From an uncultured Alphaproteobacteria bacterium (GTDB lineage Bacteria; Pseudomonadota; Alphaproteobacteria; Rhizobiales; Hyphomicrobiaceae), in the NCBI GenBank assembly GCA_963732635.1, contig CAVTAL010000012.1, positions 8,308 through 72,307 on the forward strand: a stretch of 64,000 nucleotides of DNA, in the 5' to 3' direction. The notes under the pieces are model-generated. The model saw nothing but the letters and a program-made list of their open reading frames with translations. It had not been told where the DNA came from and made no database searches. How positions within the stretch are numbered: position 1 is the first letter of the stretch; every line of letters starts with the position of its first letter. A program made the position numbers and the translations under genes. This document shows positions 17,815 through 27,338 of this stretch, in pieces.

Positions 17815-18330
17815 TTACTTCACGCTGACCAGGGTCTTGATCGCGTCGAAAGCGTCCTGCGGGATCACCTTCTTGGCGGTCAGATCGTCAACCGACTTAT
17901 AGGGCCGGCCGGCGACGATCAGCTTGGCGCGGGCCTCACCGATCTTCGGCAACTTTTCGAGGTCGGCGGCACTGACCGTGTTGATGTTGACGAGCTTGGC
18001 GACGGCCGCAGCGGGGGCAGCGGTCTTGGTCGCGGCCGGCGTGGTGGCGGTCGTGGCCGACGGGGTCACGGCGGGCTTGGCCTCGACCTTCGGCGCGGTC
18101 ACGGGAGCTGTCGCCGGGGCGGGCGCGCCGACCTTCTGCATCGTCTCGGGCGCCAGCACTGGCTTGGCGGCGGCGTCGGCGGGCTTCGCGGTCGGGGTGG
18201 TGACGGCAGGCGCAGTCACGGCGGCCGGTGCGGTCGGGGCAACCTTGACGTCCTGGGCGAAGGCCTGGGTGCCGAGGGCGAGGACGAGAGCAACGGCGGT
18301 CATCGTGGTTTTCATTGCAGTGGTATCCAT
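17815..18330 (-). CDS. secreted helix-hairpin-helix (ComEA-like) DNA-binding protein
   Basis: ATG at 18330 gives MDTTAMKTTMTAVALVLALGTQAFA (signal peptide). An Ala/Pro/Thr/Val-rich linker follows, then the C-terminal VNINTVSAADLEKLPKIGEARAKLIVAGRPYKSVDDL HhH motif. Confidence 0.8.
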   Translation of the reverse strand: MDTTAMKTTMTAVALVLALGTQAFAQDVKVAPTAPAAVTAPAVTTPTAKPADAAAKPVLAPETMQKVGAPAPATAPVTAPKVEAKPAVTPSATTATTPAATKTAAPAAAVAKLVNINTVSAADLEKLPKIGEARAKLIVAGRPYKSVDDLTAKKVIPQDAFDAIKTLVSVK

Positions 18331-18925
18331 GTTTCGAGCGCCCTCATTGGTGCGCGGGATGGATATGACTGCTTCGGCTTGTCGGCCGTGGGGAGGTTTG
18401 AGGGTGTTGTGGCGGCGGCCAGCTAAACAGTGGCTAACCGCGCCATTCACCAGCCGTTCACGCGGCGGCGGCGCATGCGGTCGTGTGCCGGAAGCAGCCC
18501 ATCGCCGTCGCCTCGGGGAGGGAGGTGTGGCGGAGCGGCGAACGATGATTTGCTTCCGGCAGCTCGTATCCCGGCGCCGTCGCATCGGCTGACGATGTCT
18601 GGCACCGGGATCGATGCCGGGCGTAAAGGAAGCGGGGGTTCCTCGGCGCCCGGTTTGGCGTCGCGCAAGCGCGCTTCGCCAACTGATTGTGTCGTGCTGG
18701 GACCGCTGTCATCGCGTAGCGGTCTCGCGGTTTCGAGTGCCGGTTTGGCGCTCTATTTGAGCTGCCGGCGTTGGAGCGATGCCGCGTGTGGCTTGCCCAA
18801 CCTTCATCGTGCTTATTCGGTGATCAAGCACCTGCAATGTGGAGCGAATGTGGAACAACTGCGGCCCTTGTGGGACCACAAGAGCCTAGTTGATCAACTC
18901 GGTTGTCGCGATGTTGCGAAGCGGT

Positions 18926-18973
18926 TCAGTTGAAGTGGTAGGTGAGGCCGGCGCGAAAGGTGTCGGTCGACAT
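18926..18973 (-). pseudogene. possible relic 3' end of a porin gene
   Basis: The minus strand reads MSTDTFRAGLTYHFN-stop, resembling the C-terminal strand of the Omp25-like family (compare VRAGVSFKF at 17537). An in-frame stop lies 10 codons upstream, so only a fragment remains. Confidence 0.25.
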
Positions 18974-19028
18974 TGCTGATGACGCGTGCGGATGACGCGA
19001 AATTCATGGGACGATCCTGACGCGGTAG

Positions 19029-19826
19029 GTGACAGGGTCGCAGGGTTGCACGCAGAAGGGTTTAGAAGTGGTTAAAGTTACCGAGACACTAACGGCGGCG
19101 CGCAAGGGGCGAAGAGTGCAGCGGATCGAACGCGGCGACGTGCGACGGGTGGCAGCGTGCCGATTGCAGGTTGGCAGTGGCGAGTGGGCCTATGCACGCG
19201 CGCACAAACTTCAAATTGCGGCGGAGTTTGAACGCCAGCGCGAGATCAAGCCCGGTTACTTCAACGGCCCGATCCAGATCCTGCTCGATCATCGAATTGA
19301 GCACGACACGTTCGTCGGCGATTTCGCGACCTCCGATTTCGCGAGCTTCGTCTATTGGCGCGCCCAAGGGCTGATCGACGATAGCGTGCGCGACTGCTTC
19401 GGCTGCGCCGTCGTGCGCTCGCGCGAAGGCCACGTTTTGCTCGGCGTGCAGGCCGGCGGCAACCTCAATGCCGGCCGCGCCTATTGCCCGAGCGGCTTCA
19501 TCGATCCGGCCGACGTTCGCGCCGACGGGACGATCGACATCGACGGCAGCATCGCCCGCGAGATCGGCGAGGAAACCGGTCTCGATCTCGGCGCATTGAC
19601 GCGCGTGGCCGGCTACATTCTGGTTGCGGCCGAGGCCTCGATTGCAATCGGCGTCGAATATCGTTCGCCCCTGGCGGCCGACGAATTGCGGTCGGTAGTG
19701 GTGGCCAACATTGCCCGCCAAACCGATCCTGAACTTGCCGGTGTGCTGCTGGTCGCATCGCCGGCCGACCTCGACGGGATTGCGACCACCGCCCATATCC
19801 CGCCGCTGCTGCGGGCGCTATTGTGA
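19029..19826 (+). CDS. NUDIX hydrolase family protein
   Basis: Nudix box GSIAREIGEETGLDLG sits in the C-terminal half. The start is uncertain: the GTG at 19029 is the first candidate. Confidence 0.7.
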   Translation: MTGSQGCTQKGLEVVKVTETLTAARKGRRVQRIERGDVRRVAACRLQVGSGEWAYARAHKLQIAAEFERQREIKPGYFNGPIQILLDHRIEHDTFVGDFATSDFASFVYWRAQGLIDDSVRDCFGCAVVRSREGHVLLGVQAGGNLNAGRAYCPSGFIDPADVRADGTIDIDGSIAREIGEETGLDLGALTRVAGYILVAAEASIAIGVEYRSPLAADELRSVVVANIARQTDPELAGVLLVASPADLDGIATTAHIPPLLRALL

Positions 19827-19848
19827 TCGACTGATTGCGAAAGGACAT

Positions 19849-21207
19849 ATGATGACGGATCGCCCAGGCGAACACGGCAACGCGGCGGACGTCGCTTTGG
19901 CGCGGATTGAGGCGCGTCAGGCGGTCGCCGGTGTTATCGGGCTCGGCTATGTCGGGCTGCCGCTGGCGGCCGCCATTGCCCGGATCGGCCTGAAGACGAT
20001 CGGCTTCGATATCGATGCGACGAAGCCACGTCTGCTCAATGCCGGTACGTCCTACATCGACGCGGTCAAGAGCGCCGACCTGGCTTTGCTTGTCGGTGAA
20101 GGCCGATTTGTCGCGACGAGCGACATGGCGATGCTCGCCCAATGCGACGTGATCGTGATCTGCGTGCCGACACCGCTGACCCGTCACCGTGAACCGGACA
20201 TGAGCTATATCGAGGCGACGTGCGCGACCATTGCGCGGTACCTGCGCGCCGGACAGCTAGTGGTGCTGGAATCTACAACCTATCCCGGTACCACCGACGA
20301 ACTGGTGCGGCCAATCCTGGAGGTAGGCGGCCTCAAATCCGGCCGCGATTTCTTCCTCGGCTTTTCGCCGGAGCGCGAGGATCCCGGCAATCGCGACTTC
20401 GAGACGGTCACCATTCCGAAGGTCGTGGCCGGCGACGGCGCGGACGCGCTGCGGCTGATGACGGCTTTCTACGGGGCAGTGGTAAAGCGTGTGGTGCCGG
20501 TGTCGTCGCCAGCGACCGCGGAGGCGGTAAAGATCACAGAGAACATCTTCCGGGCAGTGAACATCGCGCTCGTCAACGAATTGAAGGTCGTCTACGACGC
20601 CATGGGCATCGACGTGTGGGAGGTGATCGAGGCAGCCAAGACCAAGCCGTTCGGCTATATGCCGTTCTATCCCGGTCCCGGTCTCGGTGGTCATTGCATC
20701 CCGATCGATCCGTTCTACCTGACATGGAAGTCGCGCGAGTTCGACACGCCGACCCGCTTTATTGAACTTGCCGGTGAGATCAACACGGCGATGCCGCGTT
20801 ATGTGGTCGGGCGGTTGGAAGAAGCACTTGATCGGCACTCCGGCATTTCGCTTGGCCGTGCGCGCATCTTGATGATCGGCCTCGCCTACAAGAAGAACGT
20901 CTCGGACATCCGCGAGAGCCCGTCGTTCAAGCTGATGGAGTTGATAGAGAAGCGCGGCGGCAGGTGCGACTATCACGATCCGCATGTGGGCGAAATTCCG
21001 GCGACCCGTGAGCATGCCGAGTTCAAGGGACGGCAGTCGGCGGTGCTTTCATCGGCAACGGTCGCAGCCTACGACGCGATTCTGATTTCGACCGATCACG
21101 ACGCAGTCGATTATGCGCTGCTCGCCGCCGATGCCCGCCTGATCATCGACACCCGCAACGTGTTTGCCAAGAAGGGGCTGACGAATGAGCGGGTGGTGAA
21201 GGCGTGA
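19849..21207 (+). CDS. nucleotide-sugar dehydrogenase, UDP-N-acetyl-D-mannosamine/glucosamine dehydrogenase type
   Basis: ATG at 19849 is preceded by AAAGGA. Rossmann motif GLGYVGLPLA and catalytic-Cys motif GLGGHCIPIDP are present. Confidence 0.9.
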   Translation: MMTDRPGEHGNAADVALARIEARQAVAGVIGLGYVGLPLAAAIARIGLKTIGFDIDATKPRLLNAGTSYIDAVKSADLALLVGEGRFVATSDMAMLAQCDVIVICVPTPLTRHREPDMSYIEATCATIARYLRAGQLVVLESTTYPGTTDELVRPILEVGGLKSGRDFFLGFSPEREDPGNRDFETVTIPKVVAGDGADALRLMTAFYGAVVKRVVPVSSPATAEAVKITENIFRAVNIALVNELKVVYDAMGIDVWEVIEAAKTKPFGYMPFYPGPGLGGHCIPIDPFYLTWKSREFDTPTRFIELAGEINTAMPRYVVGRLEEALDRHSGISLGRARILMIGLAYKKNVSDIRESPSFKLMELIEKRGGRCDYHDPHVGEIPATREHAEFKGRQSAVLSSATVAAYDAILISTDHDAVDYALLAADARLIIDTRNVFAKKGLTNERVVKA

Positions 21208-21216
21208 TGCGCGATC

Positions 21217-21927
<711 letters not shown>

Positions 21928-21929
21928 CC

Positions 21930-23224
21930 CTACTCGTAGCGCAGCGCTTCGACTGGATCGAGCCGAGACGCGCGCCAGGAGGGATAGAGCGTCGCAATCA
22001 GCGTCAGCACCAGCGCGAACACGACGATGCCGGCGGTCTCGCGCGGATTGATGTCGGCTGGCAGGCGCGTGAGGTAGTAGACCGTCGGGTCCATCAGCGT
22101 CTTGCCCGTTACCCATTGCACGAACTGGCGGATGGCCTCGATGTTCCAGCAGAACACAATGCCGAGGATCAGGCCGGCGAAGGTGCCGACGACGCCGATC
22201 GAGGCACCGGTGATCAGGAAGATGCGCATGATCGCGCCTTTGGTTGCGCCCATGGTGCGGAGTATGGCGATATCGCGGCCTTTGTCCTTCACCAGCATCA
22301 TCATGCCGGAAACGATGTTGAGGGCGGCCACCAGGATGATCAGCGACAGGATGATGAACATCACCGTTCGCTCGACTTCGAGCACGGTGAAGAACGTCGA
22401 ATTGCGCTGCCTCCAGTTGGTGATGACGAGGTCCGTCCCGCCGATTTTCTCGATCTCAGTGGCATAGCTGTCGACCGCCTCGCGGTCGTCGACGACGATC
22501 TCAAGCACGTCGACCTGATCGCCCTTGTTAAAGTATTTCTTGGCCTCGGCGAGCGGCATGAACATCATCGTCCGGTCGTATTCGGACATGCCCATCTCGA
22601 ACAGTGCTGAGATGCGGTAGACTTTGGAGCGTGGCGAGGTGCCGAACGGGGTCTGCGATCCACGCGGCGAGATCAAGGTGATGCTGTCGCCCAACTTGAC
22701 CCCGAGGGCGGACTGCGAGCCGATTGCCGACTGCGATGCCATCCTGGGCGTCGAAACCGTCGATCGTGCCCTGGAGAATGTTATTGGCAACCAGTGGCAG
22801 CGAGCGCATGCCTTCCTCGTCCATGCCGCGCACGAGGCCGCCGAGACCTGCGATGCTGGACGACACCAGCACTTGCCCTTCGATCAGCGGCACGGCGGTC
22901 TTGATGCCGGGAATGGTGCGGATTTTCGTTGCCAGTTCATCGTACTCATTGAACGGGCCGGCGCTGGCGATCTTGTAGACGACGAGATGGCCGTTCAGCC
23001 CTAGGATCTTTTCGAATAGCTGGTTGCGGAAGCCGTTCATGACAGCCATGACGATAATCAGCGTGGCGACGCCAAGCACGATGCCGACGAACGAGAACCC
23101 GGCGATCACCGAGATGAACCCCTCCTTGCGGCGAGCCCGAAGATAGCGCAGCGCCAGCAGCCACTCGAAAAACGAGAATGGCTGGGTGTCGATGGAGTTC
23201 TGCAGTTGCTGTTGCGGTTGTCAT
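21930..23224 (-). pseudogene. lolE: lipoprotein-releasing system permease LolC/E, two frame disruptions
   Basis: ATG at 23224 has GGAG 5 nt upstream. The conserved PFSFFEWLLALRYLRARRKEGFISVIAGFSF is in a different frame (ORF 22528..23109). A second switch near 22706-22708 leads to ORF 21930..22790. Removing one C from CGCCCTCGG restores NRLAVRLGVKLGDSITLISPRG. Confidence 0.85.
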
Positions 23225-23244
23225 CCGGGCTCCAGTCTCAGAAC

Positions 23245-23348
23245 CGTAGGTTGGGTTAGGCCGCCCGATTGCGGCCGTAACCCAACATTCCGCGGGTGGT
23301 CATCGAAGTTGTTGGGTTACGGCGCAAGAGCGCCTAACCCAACCTACG
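23245..23348. repeat. nested palindromic REP-like element
   Basis: Outer arms CGTAGGTTGGGTTAGGC (23245-23261) and GCCTAACCCAACCTACG (23332-23348). Inner arms GGCCGTAACCCAAC (23273-23286) and GTTGGGTTACGGC (23311-23323). The proS stop codon (23344-23346) lies inside the outer arm. Confidence 0.6.
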
Positions 23349-24711
23349 CCCTTCGTCGGTTCATCACGCCAAAATCCGCTGCGCCTTGATCTCCGGCGAC
23401 GACCTTCGCCACAGCGGCATCCATCGGCATTGTTTCGCGGGCGCCGGTCTTGCGGTTCTTGATTTCGGCTTCGCCGGCCTTGACGCCCTTCGGCCCGACG
23501 ATGATCTGATAGGGCAGGCCGATCAGGTCCATGGTCGCGAATTTGCCGCCGGCGCGCTCGTCGGTATCATCCAGCAGCACGTCGATGCCGGCCGATTCGA
23601 GCTGCTTGTAAATGCCGTTCGCCGCCGCATCCGTATCCTTGTCGCCGGCTTTCAAATTGATCAGGCCGACCTCGAACGGCGCCACCGGCACCGGCCAGAC
23701 GATGCCGTTGTCGTCGTGGCAGGCTTCGATGATGGCACCGGCAAGGCGCGACACGCCGACGCCGTAGGAGCCCATCTGCACGGTGATCATCTGGCCATCC
23801 GGTCCCTGGATCTTGCAGCCCATCGGCTCGGAGTATTTGGTGCCGAAGAAGAAAATATGGCCGACCTCGATGCCGCGCGCCGAAACCTGTTTCTCCTTCG
23901 GCACTTCGGCGTCGAATTTCGCCGCATCGTGCTTCTCGTCGGTCGCCGCGTACATCGACGTCCAGCGCTTGACGATCGGCGACAGATCACCGTCGAAATC
24001 GATGTCGATCGGCGGCGGGGCACCCTCGATCAGGTCCTTGTGGCAGTACACTTGGCTCTCACCGGTGTCGGCCAGGATGATGAATTCGTGGCTCATGTCG
24101 CCTCCAATGGGGCCGCTATCGGCCGCCATGGGGATGGCTTTGAGCCCCATGCGCGCGAAGGTGCGCAGGTAGGCGGTGAACATCTTGTTGTAGGACAGGC
24201 GTCCGGCTTCGGCGGTGAGGTCGAACGAATAGGCGTCCTTCATCAGGAACTCGCGACCGCGCATGACGCCGAAGCGCGGGCGCACCTCGTCGCGGAACTT
24301 CCACTGGATGTGGTAGAGGTTGCGCGGCATGTCCTTGTAACTTTTGATGCCATCGCGAAAAATGGCGGTGATCAACTCCTCGTTGGTCGGCCCGTACAGC
24401 ATCTCGCGGTCGTGCCGGTCGGAAATGCGCAGCATTTCCTTGCCGTAGGCCTCGTAGCGGCCGGACTGGCGCCACAGATCGGCGGACTGGATGGTCGGCA
24501 TCAGCACTTCGATGGCACCGGTGCGGTTCTGCTCCTCGCGCACGATGCGGTCGATCTTCATCAGCACCTTGTATCCGAGCGGCAGCCACGAATAGATGCC
24601 GGCTGAGGCTTGCCGCACCATGCCGGTGCGCAGCATCAGTTGGTGCGACACGATTTCTGCTTCCTTCGGCGTTTCGCGAAGGACTGGCAGAAAATAGCGG
24701 GAAAGGCGCAT
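23344..24711 (-). CDS. proS: proline--tRNA ligase (short alphaproteobacterial type)
   Basis: 455-aa ORF with an ATG start. [31 protein letters not shown] and class II motifs are present throughout. The last ~15 residues may be a non-native extension running into the REP element. Confidence 0.95.
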   Translation of the reverse strand: MRLSRYFLPVLRETPKEAEIVSHQLMLRTGMVRQASAGIYSWLPLGYKVLMKIDRIVREEQNRTGAIEVLMPTIQSADLWRQSGRYEAYGKEMLRISDRHDREMLYGPTNEELITAIFRDGIKSYKDMPRNLYHIQWKFRDEVRPRFGVMRGREFLMKDAYSFDLTAEAGRLSYNKMFTAYLRTFARMGLKAIPMAADSGPIGGDMSHEFIILADTGESQVYCHKDLIEGAPPPIDIDFDGDLSPIVKRWTSMYAATDEKHDAAKFDAEVPKEKQVSARGIEVGHIFFFGTKYSEPMGCKIQGPDGQMITVQMGSYGVGVSRLAGAIIEACHDDNGIVWPVPVAPFEVGLINLKAGDKDTDAAANGIYKQLESAGIDVLLDDTDERAGGKFATMDLIGLPYQIIVGPKGVKAGEAEIKNRKTGARETMPMDAAVAKVVAGDQGAADFGVMNRRRA

Positions 24712-24918
24712 GGGTCGGAGTTCCGGTGGTTGGGTGCGCGTGATGCGACAAACAGGCGGCCAGCCGGGCGGCCACCCTGCGTGCCTTTACAACCAGGGCA
24801 GATAACGGTTTCAAGGGGGCGAGGCAATCCCGCCAGGGTGCGCGGTGGCATTTCCCGTGTCATTGTCGGTGGAGAATCATTGCGATAAGTCGCAGGGGCA
24901 GAAGTAAGAGGGATCGAA

Positions 24919-26226
24919 ATGGCGGCTCCAGAGCGTAGCGGCGGCATCCAGTACATCGTCGAGGGCGGGCATCGCCTGTCGGGCAGCCTGGAGCCGGCCG
25001 GAAACAAGAACGCGGCATTGCCGATCATCGCGGCCGCGCTGTTGACCGACAAGCCCGTACGGCTCACCAACGTGCCGCGCATACGCGACACCGAGACGCT
25101 AGTCGAGCTCGTCCGTTCGGTCGGTGCCGAGGCGACCTGGACCGAGCGCAACACCCTCGATATCCACGCGAAACAGGTCCGCGCCGTCGATCTCGATCCG
25201 ATCCTGTGCGCCAACATCCGTGCCTCGATCCTGCTCGCCGGGCCTTTGCTCGCCCGCTGTGGCAAGGTGGTGCTGCCGCCGCCCGGCGGCGACGTGATCG
25301 GCCGCCGGCGTGTCGATACGCACTTCCTCGCCCTGCAGCAGTTGGGCGCCCGGGTCGACGCCGACAACAACTATCGCTTCGAGGCCGAAAAGCTGATCGG
25401 CGCCGACGTGTTCCTGGACGAGCCGAGCGTCACCGCGACTGAGAACGCGCTGATGGCGGCCGTCTTCGCCGAAGGCACCACGATTCTGCGCAACGCCGCT
25501 TCCGAACCGCACGTCCAGGATCTGGCGCAGTTTCTGGTGGCACTCGGCAGCCGCATTGATGGCATCGGCACCAACACGATGACCGTGCTTGGTGGCTTGC
25601 CCCTCGGCAGCGCCACTCACCGCATCGGCCCAGATCATATCGAAGTCGGGTCGTTCATTGGGCTCGCAGCGGTGACGCGCTCGCCACTGCGCATCATCCG
25701 TGCCGGCACCCAGCATTTGCGTTCTACGCTGATGGGCTTTGATCGGCTTGGCATCATTTGTCAGATCGACGGCGACGACCTGATCGTGCCCGGCAACCAG
25801 ACCCGCAACATCCGCACCGACCTCGGCGGTCATATCCCGAAGCTTGAGGATCAGCCATGGCCGGCGTTTCCGGCCGACCTGATGTCGATCGCGATCGTCA
25901 CCGCGACGCAATGCGACGGCGTGATTTTGATGTTCGAGAAGATGTTCGAGAGCCGGATGTTCTTCACCGACAAGCTGATCGCCATGGGCGCGCGCATCGT
26001 GCTGTGCGACCCGCATCGCGCACTCGTCTCGGGGCCTGCCCGCTTGCGAGCCGGCCGCATGGAAAGCCCCGACATCCGCGCCGGCATGGCGATGCTGCTC
26101 GCCGCCCTGTGTGCCAAAGGCACGAGTACCATAAACAATGCACAGCAAATCGAACGCGGCTACGAGCGCATAGACGAGCGGTTGAATGCGCTGGGCGCCA
26201 GGATCACGCGGGTGCCGGCGCGGTAA
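24919..26226 (+). CDS. murA: UDP-N-acetylglucosamine 1-carboxyvinyltransferase family protein (Asp-type active-site loop)
   Basis: 435 aa. GNKNAALPIIAAALL carries the Lys22 equivalent. The active-site loop is PPPGGDVIGRRRVDTH, with Asp (25291-25293) where E. coli MurA has Cys115. Confidence 0.88.
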   Translation: MAAPERSGGIQYIVEGGHRLSGSLEPAGNKNAALPIIAAALLTDKPVRLTNVPRIRDTETLVELVRSVGAEATWTERNTLDIHAKQVRAVDLDPILCANIRASILLAGPLLARCGKVVLPPPGGDVIGRRRVDTHFLALQQLGARVDADNNYRFEAEKLIGADVFLDEPSVTATENALMAAVFAEGTTILRNAASEPHVQDLAQFLVALGSRIDGIGTNTMTVLGGLPLGSATHRIGPDHIEVGSFIGLAAVTRSPLRIIRAGTQHLRSTLMGFDRLGIICQIDGDDLIVPGNQTRNIRTDLGGHIPKLEDQPWPAFPADLMSIAIVTATQCDGVILMFEKMFESRMFFTDKLIAMGARIVLCDPHRALVSGPARLRAGRMESPDIRAGMAMLLAALCAKGTSTINNAQQIERGYERIDERLNALGARITRVPAR

Positions 26227-26259
26227 CGCTGCAGCCGGTACACCTCGTGCGCGCCACCA

Positions 26260-26808
26260 CTACCAGCCCGACATGCGGCTGATTTTGGTGCCTTCGAGGG
26301 TGAGGTTATACATCAGCCCCTTACCGTCGAAGATGAAGCCGACGACCGGGCTGGTGATGCGGTCGGTGTCGATCGAGCCACCAGCGCCAATCGTGATCAA
26401 GGCCACCGAGCCGTCGACGCCGACCTTCCAGCCGTCGGTGCGGCTGAACTTGGCAAGCGCCTCTTCGGTCATGAACAGGATGACGACGGATCGCGCCTGC
26501 GCGCCGAGTTGGAAGCCGATCGAGCCGGACACGATATTGTAATAGCCGGAGGTGCGGCCGCGAACGAGCAGCGCGCCCTCGCCGTACTCGGCGCCGATGC
26601 CGATGCCGGCCTTGATGACGGTCGGAAAAACCAGCACGCCGAAAGCGCGCCGGATCAGGTCACTTGATCCATGCACGCGGTGACGCAGACGTTCAAGGGT
26701 GGCGTCGACATTGCGAGCAGGCGACGCCGAAGCGGAGCCGGCGCCGAATGAGGCGATACCGGATGACAATGCGAGCGTGAGTGCGGAACGGCGCGAAATC
26801 GATTTCAT
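26260..26808 (-). CDS. SYLF (DUF500/Ysc84-like) lipid-binding domain protein, exported
   Basis: ATG at 26808 gives MKSISRRSALTLALSSGIASFGAGSASA, a Tat-like signal. The motifs GIGAEYGEGALL...GYYNIVSGSIGFQLGAQ are typical of the family. Confidence 0.8.
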   Translation of the reverse strand: MKSISRRSALTLALSSGIASFGAGSASASPARNVDATLERLRHRVHGSSDLIRRAFGVLVFPTVIKAGIGIGAEYGEGALLVRGRTSGYYNIVSGSIGFQLGAQARSVVILFMTEEALAKFSRTDGWKVGVDGSVALITIGAGGSIDTDRITSPVVGFIFDGKGLMYNLTLEGTKISRMSGW

Positions 26809-26921
26809 GGGATCCCCAGTCGTCAGATTTGATCGGCCGGCGCGAGCCCCCGCTTCGCAAACCGAATTCGGCGGTAACTGCGTCGTGTGGCGACATTCGG
26901 GCAAAACGTGGCGACCTTACG

Positions 26922-27203
26922 TCATGGCAACGCTTCGAGCGGCACGACGAAGGCGACGCCAGCACGGTCGCCGAGACGATGTTTCAGTAAGCAGTCGATT
27001 TCCGGCCCACCATCGATAGCGAGCAGGAAGCGACCGGTCAGGTAGATGCGGCGGTCGATTTTCAGCATGGCGCCGGACAGCGAGATGTCGGTCACGGTAC
27101 AGGCTGCATCTGGCCGGCAGATCATTTCAATATTTGCCGGCAAGTCAGCGTTGCATCGCACGATTTGGCGGCGTTCTGGGGTCGAGGAGGGGACGCGTTG
27201 CAT
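26922..27203 (-). CDS. PilZ domain protein
   Basis: ATG at 27203. ERRQIVR...CTVTDISLSGAMLK matches the RxxxR / D-x-S-x-x-G c-di-GMP binding motifs. Confidence 0.7.
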   Translation of the reverse strand: MQRVPSSTPERRQIVRCNADLPANIEMICRPDAACTVTDISLSGAMLKIDRRIYLTGRFLLAIDGGPEIDCLLKHRLGDRAGVAFVVPLEALP

Positions 27204-27270
27204 GACGCATGTCCTGTAAAATGTGAGCCCCCCGCCCAAGCTCGATCATGCAGCAAGCGCGTATACAAAG

Positions 27271-27296
27271 TGCAAATGAATTCATTGCAATTTGCA
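27271..27296. promoter_or_regulatory. overlapping AT-rich palindromes upstream of the PilZ gene
   Basis: Arms TGCAAAT (27271-77) and ATTTGCA (27290-96). AATGAATTCATT (27275-86) is a perfect 12-mer palindrome and ATTGCAAT (27284-91) a perfect 8-mer. The site is 68-93 bp upstream of ATG 27203. Confidence 0.3.
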
Positions 27297-27338
27297 GGAA
27301 ACAGGCATTTGCGGTCGCATTGACCGATCACATCGGCG

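Noticed and set aside
18430-18933. 167-aa plus-strand ORF in the 700-bp gap.
   Set aside because: Its composition is Arg/Ser/Gly/Ala-rich, with no motif, no ribosome-binding site and a codon pattern unlike the neighbouring genes.
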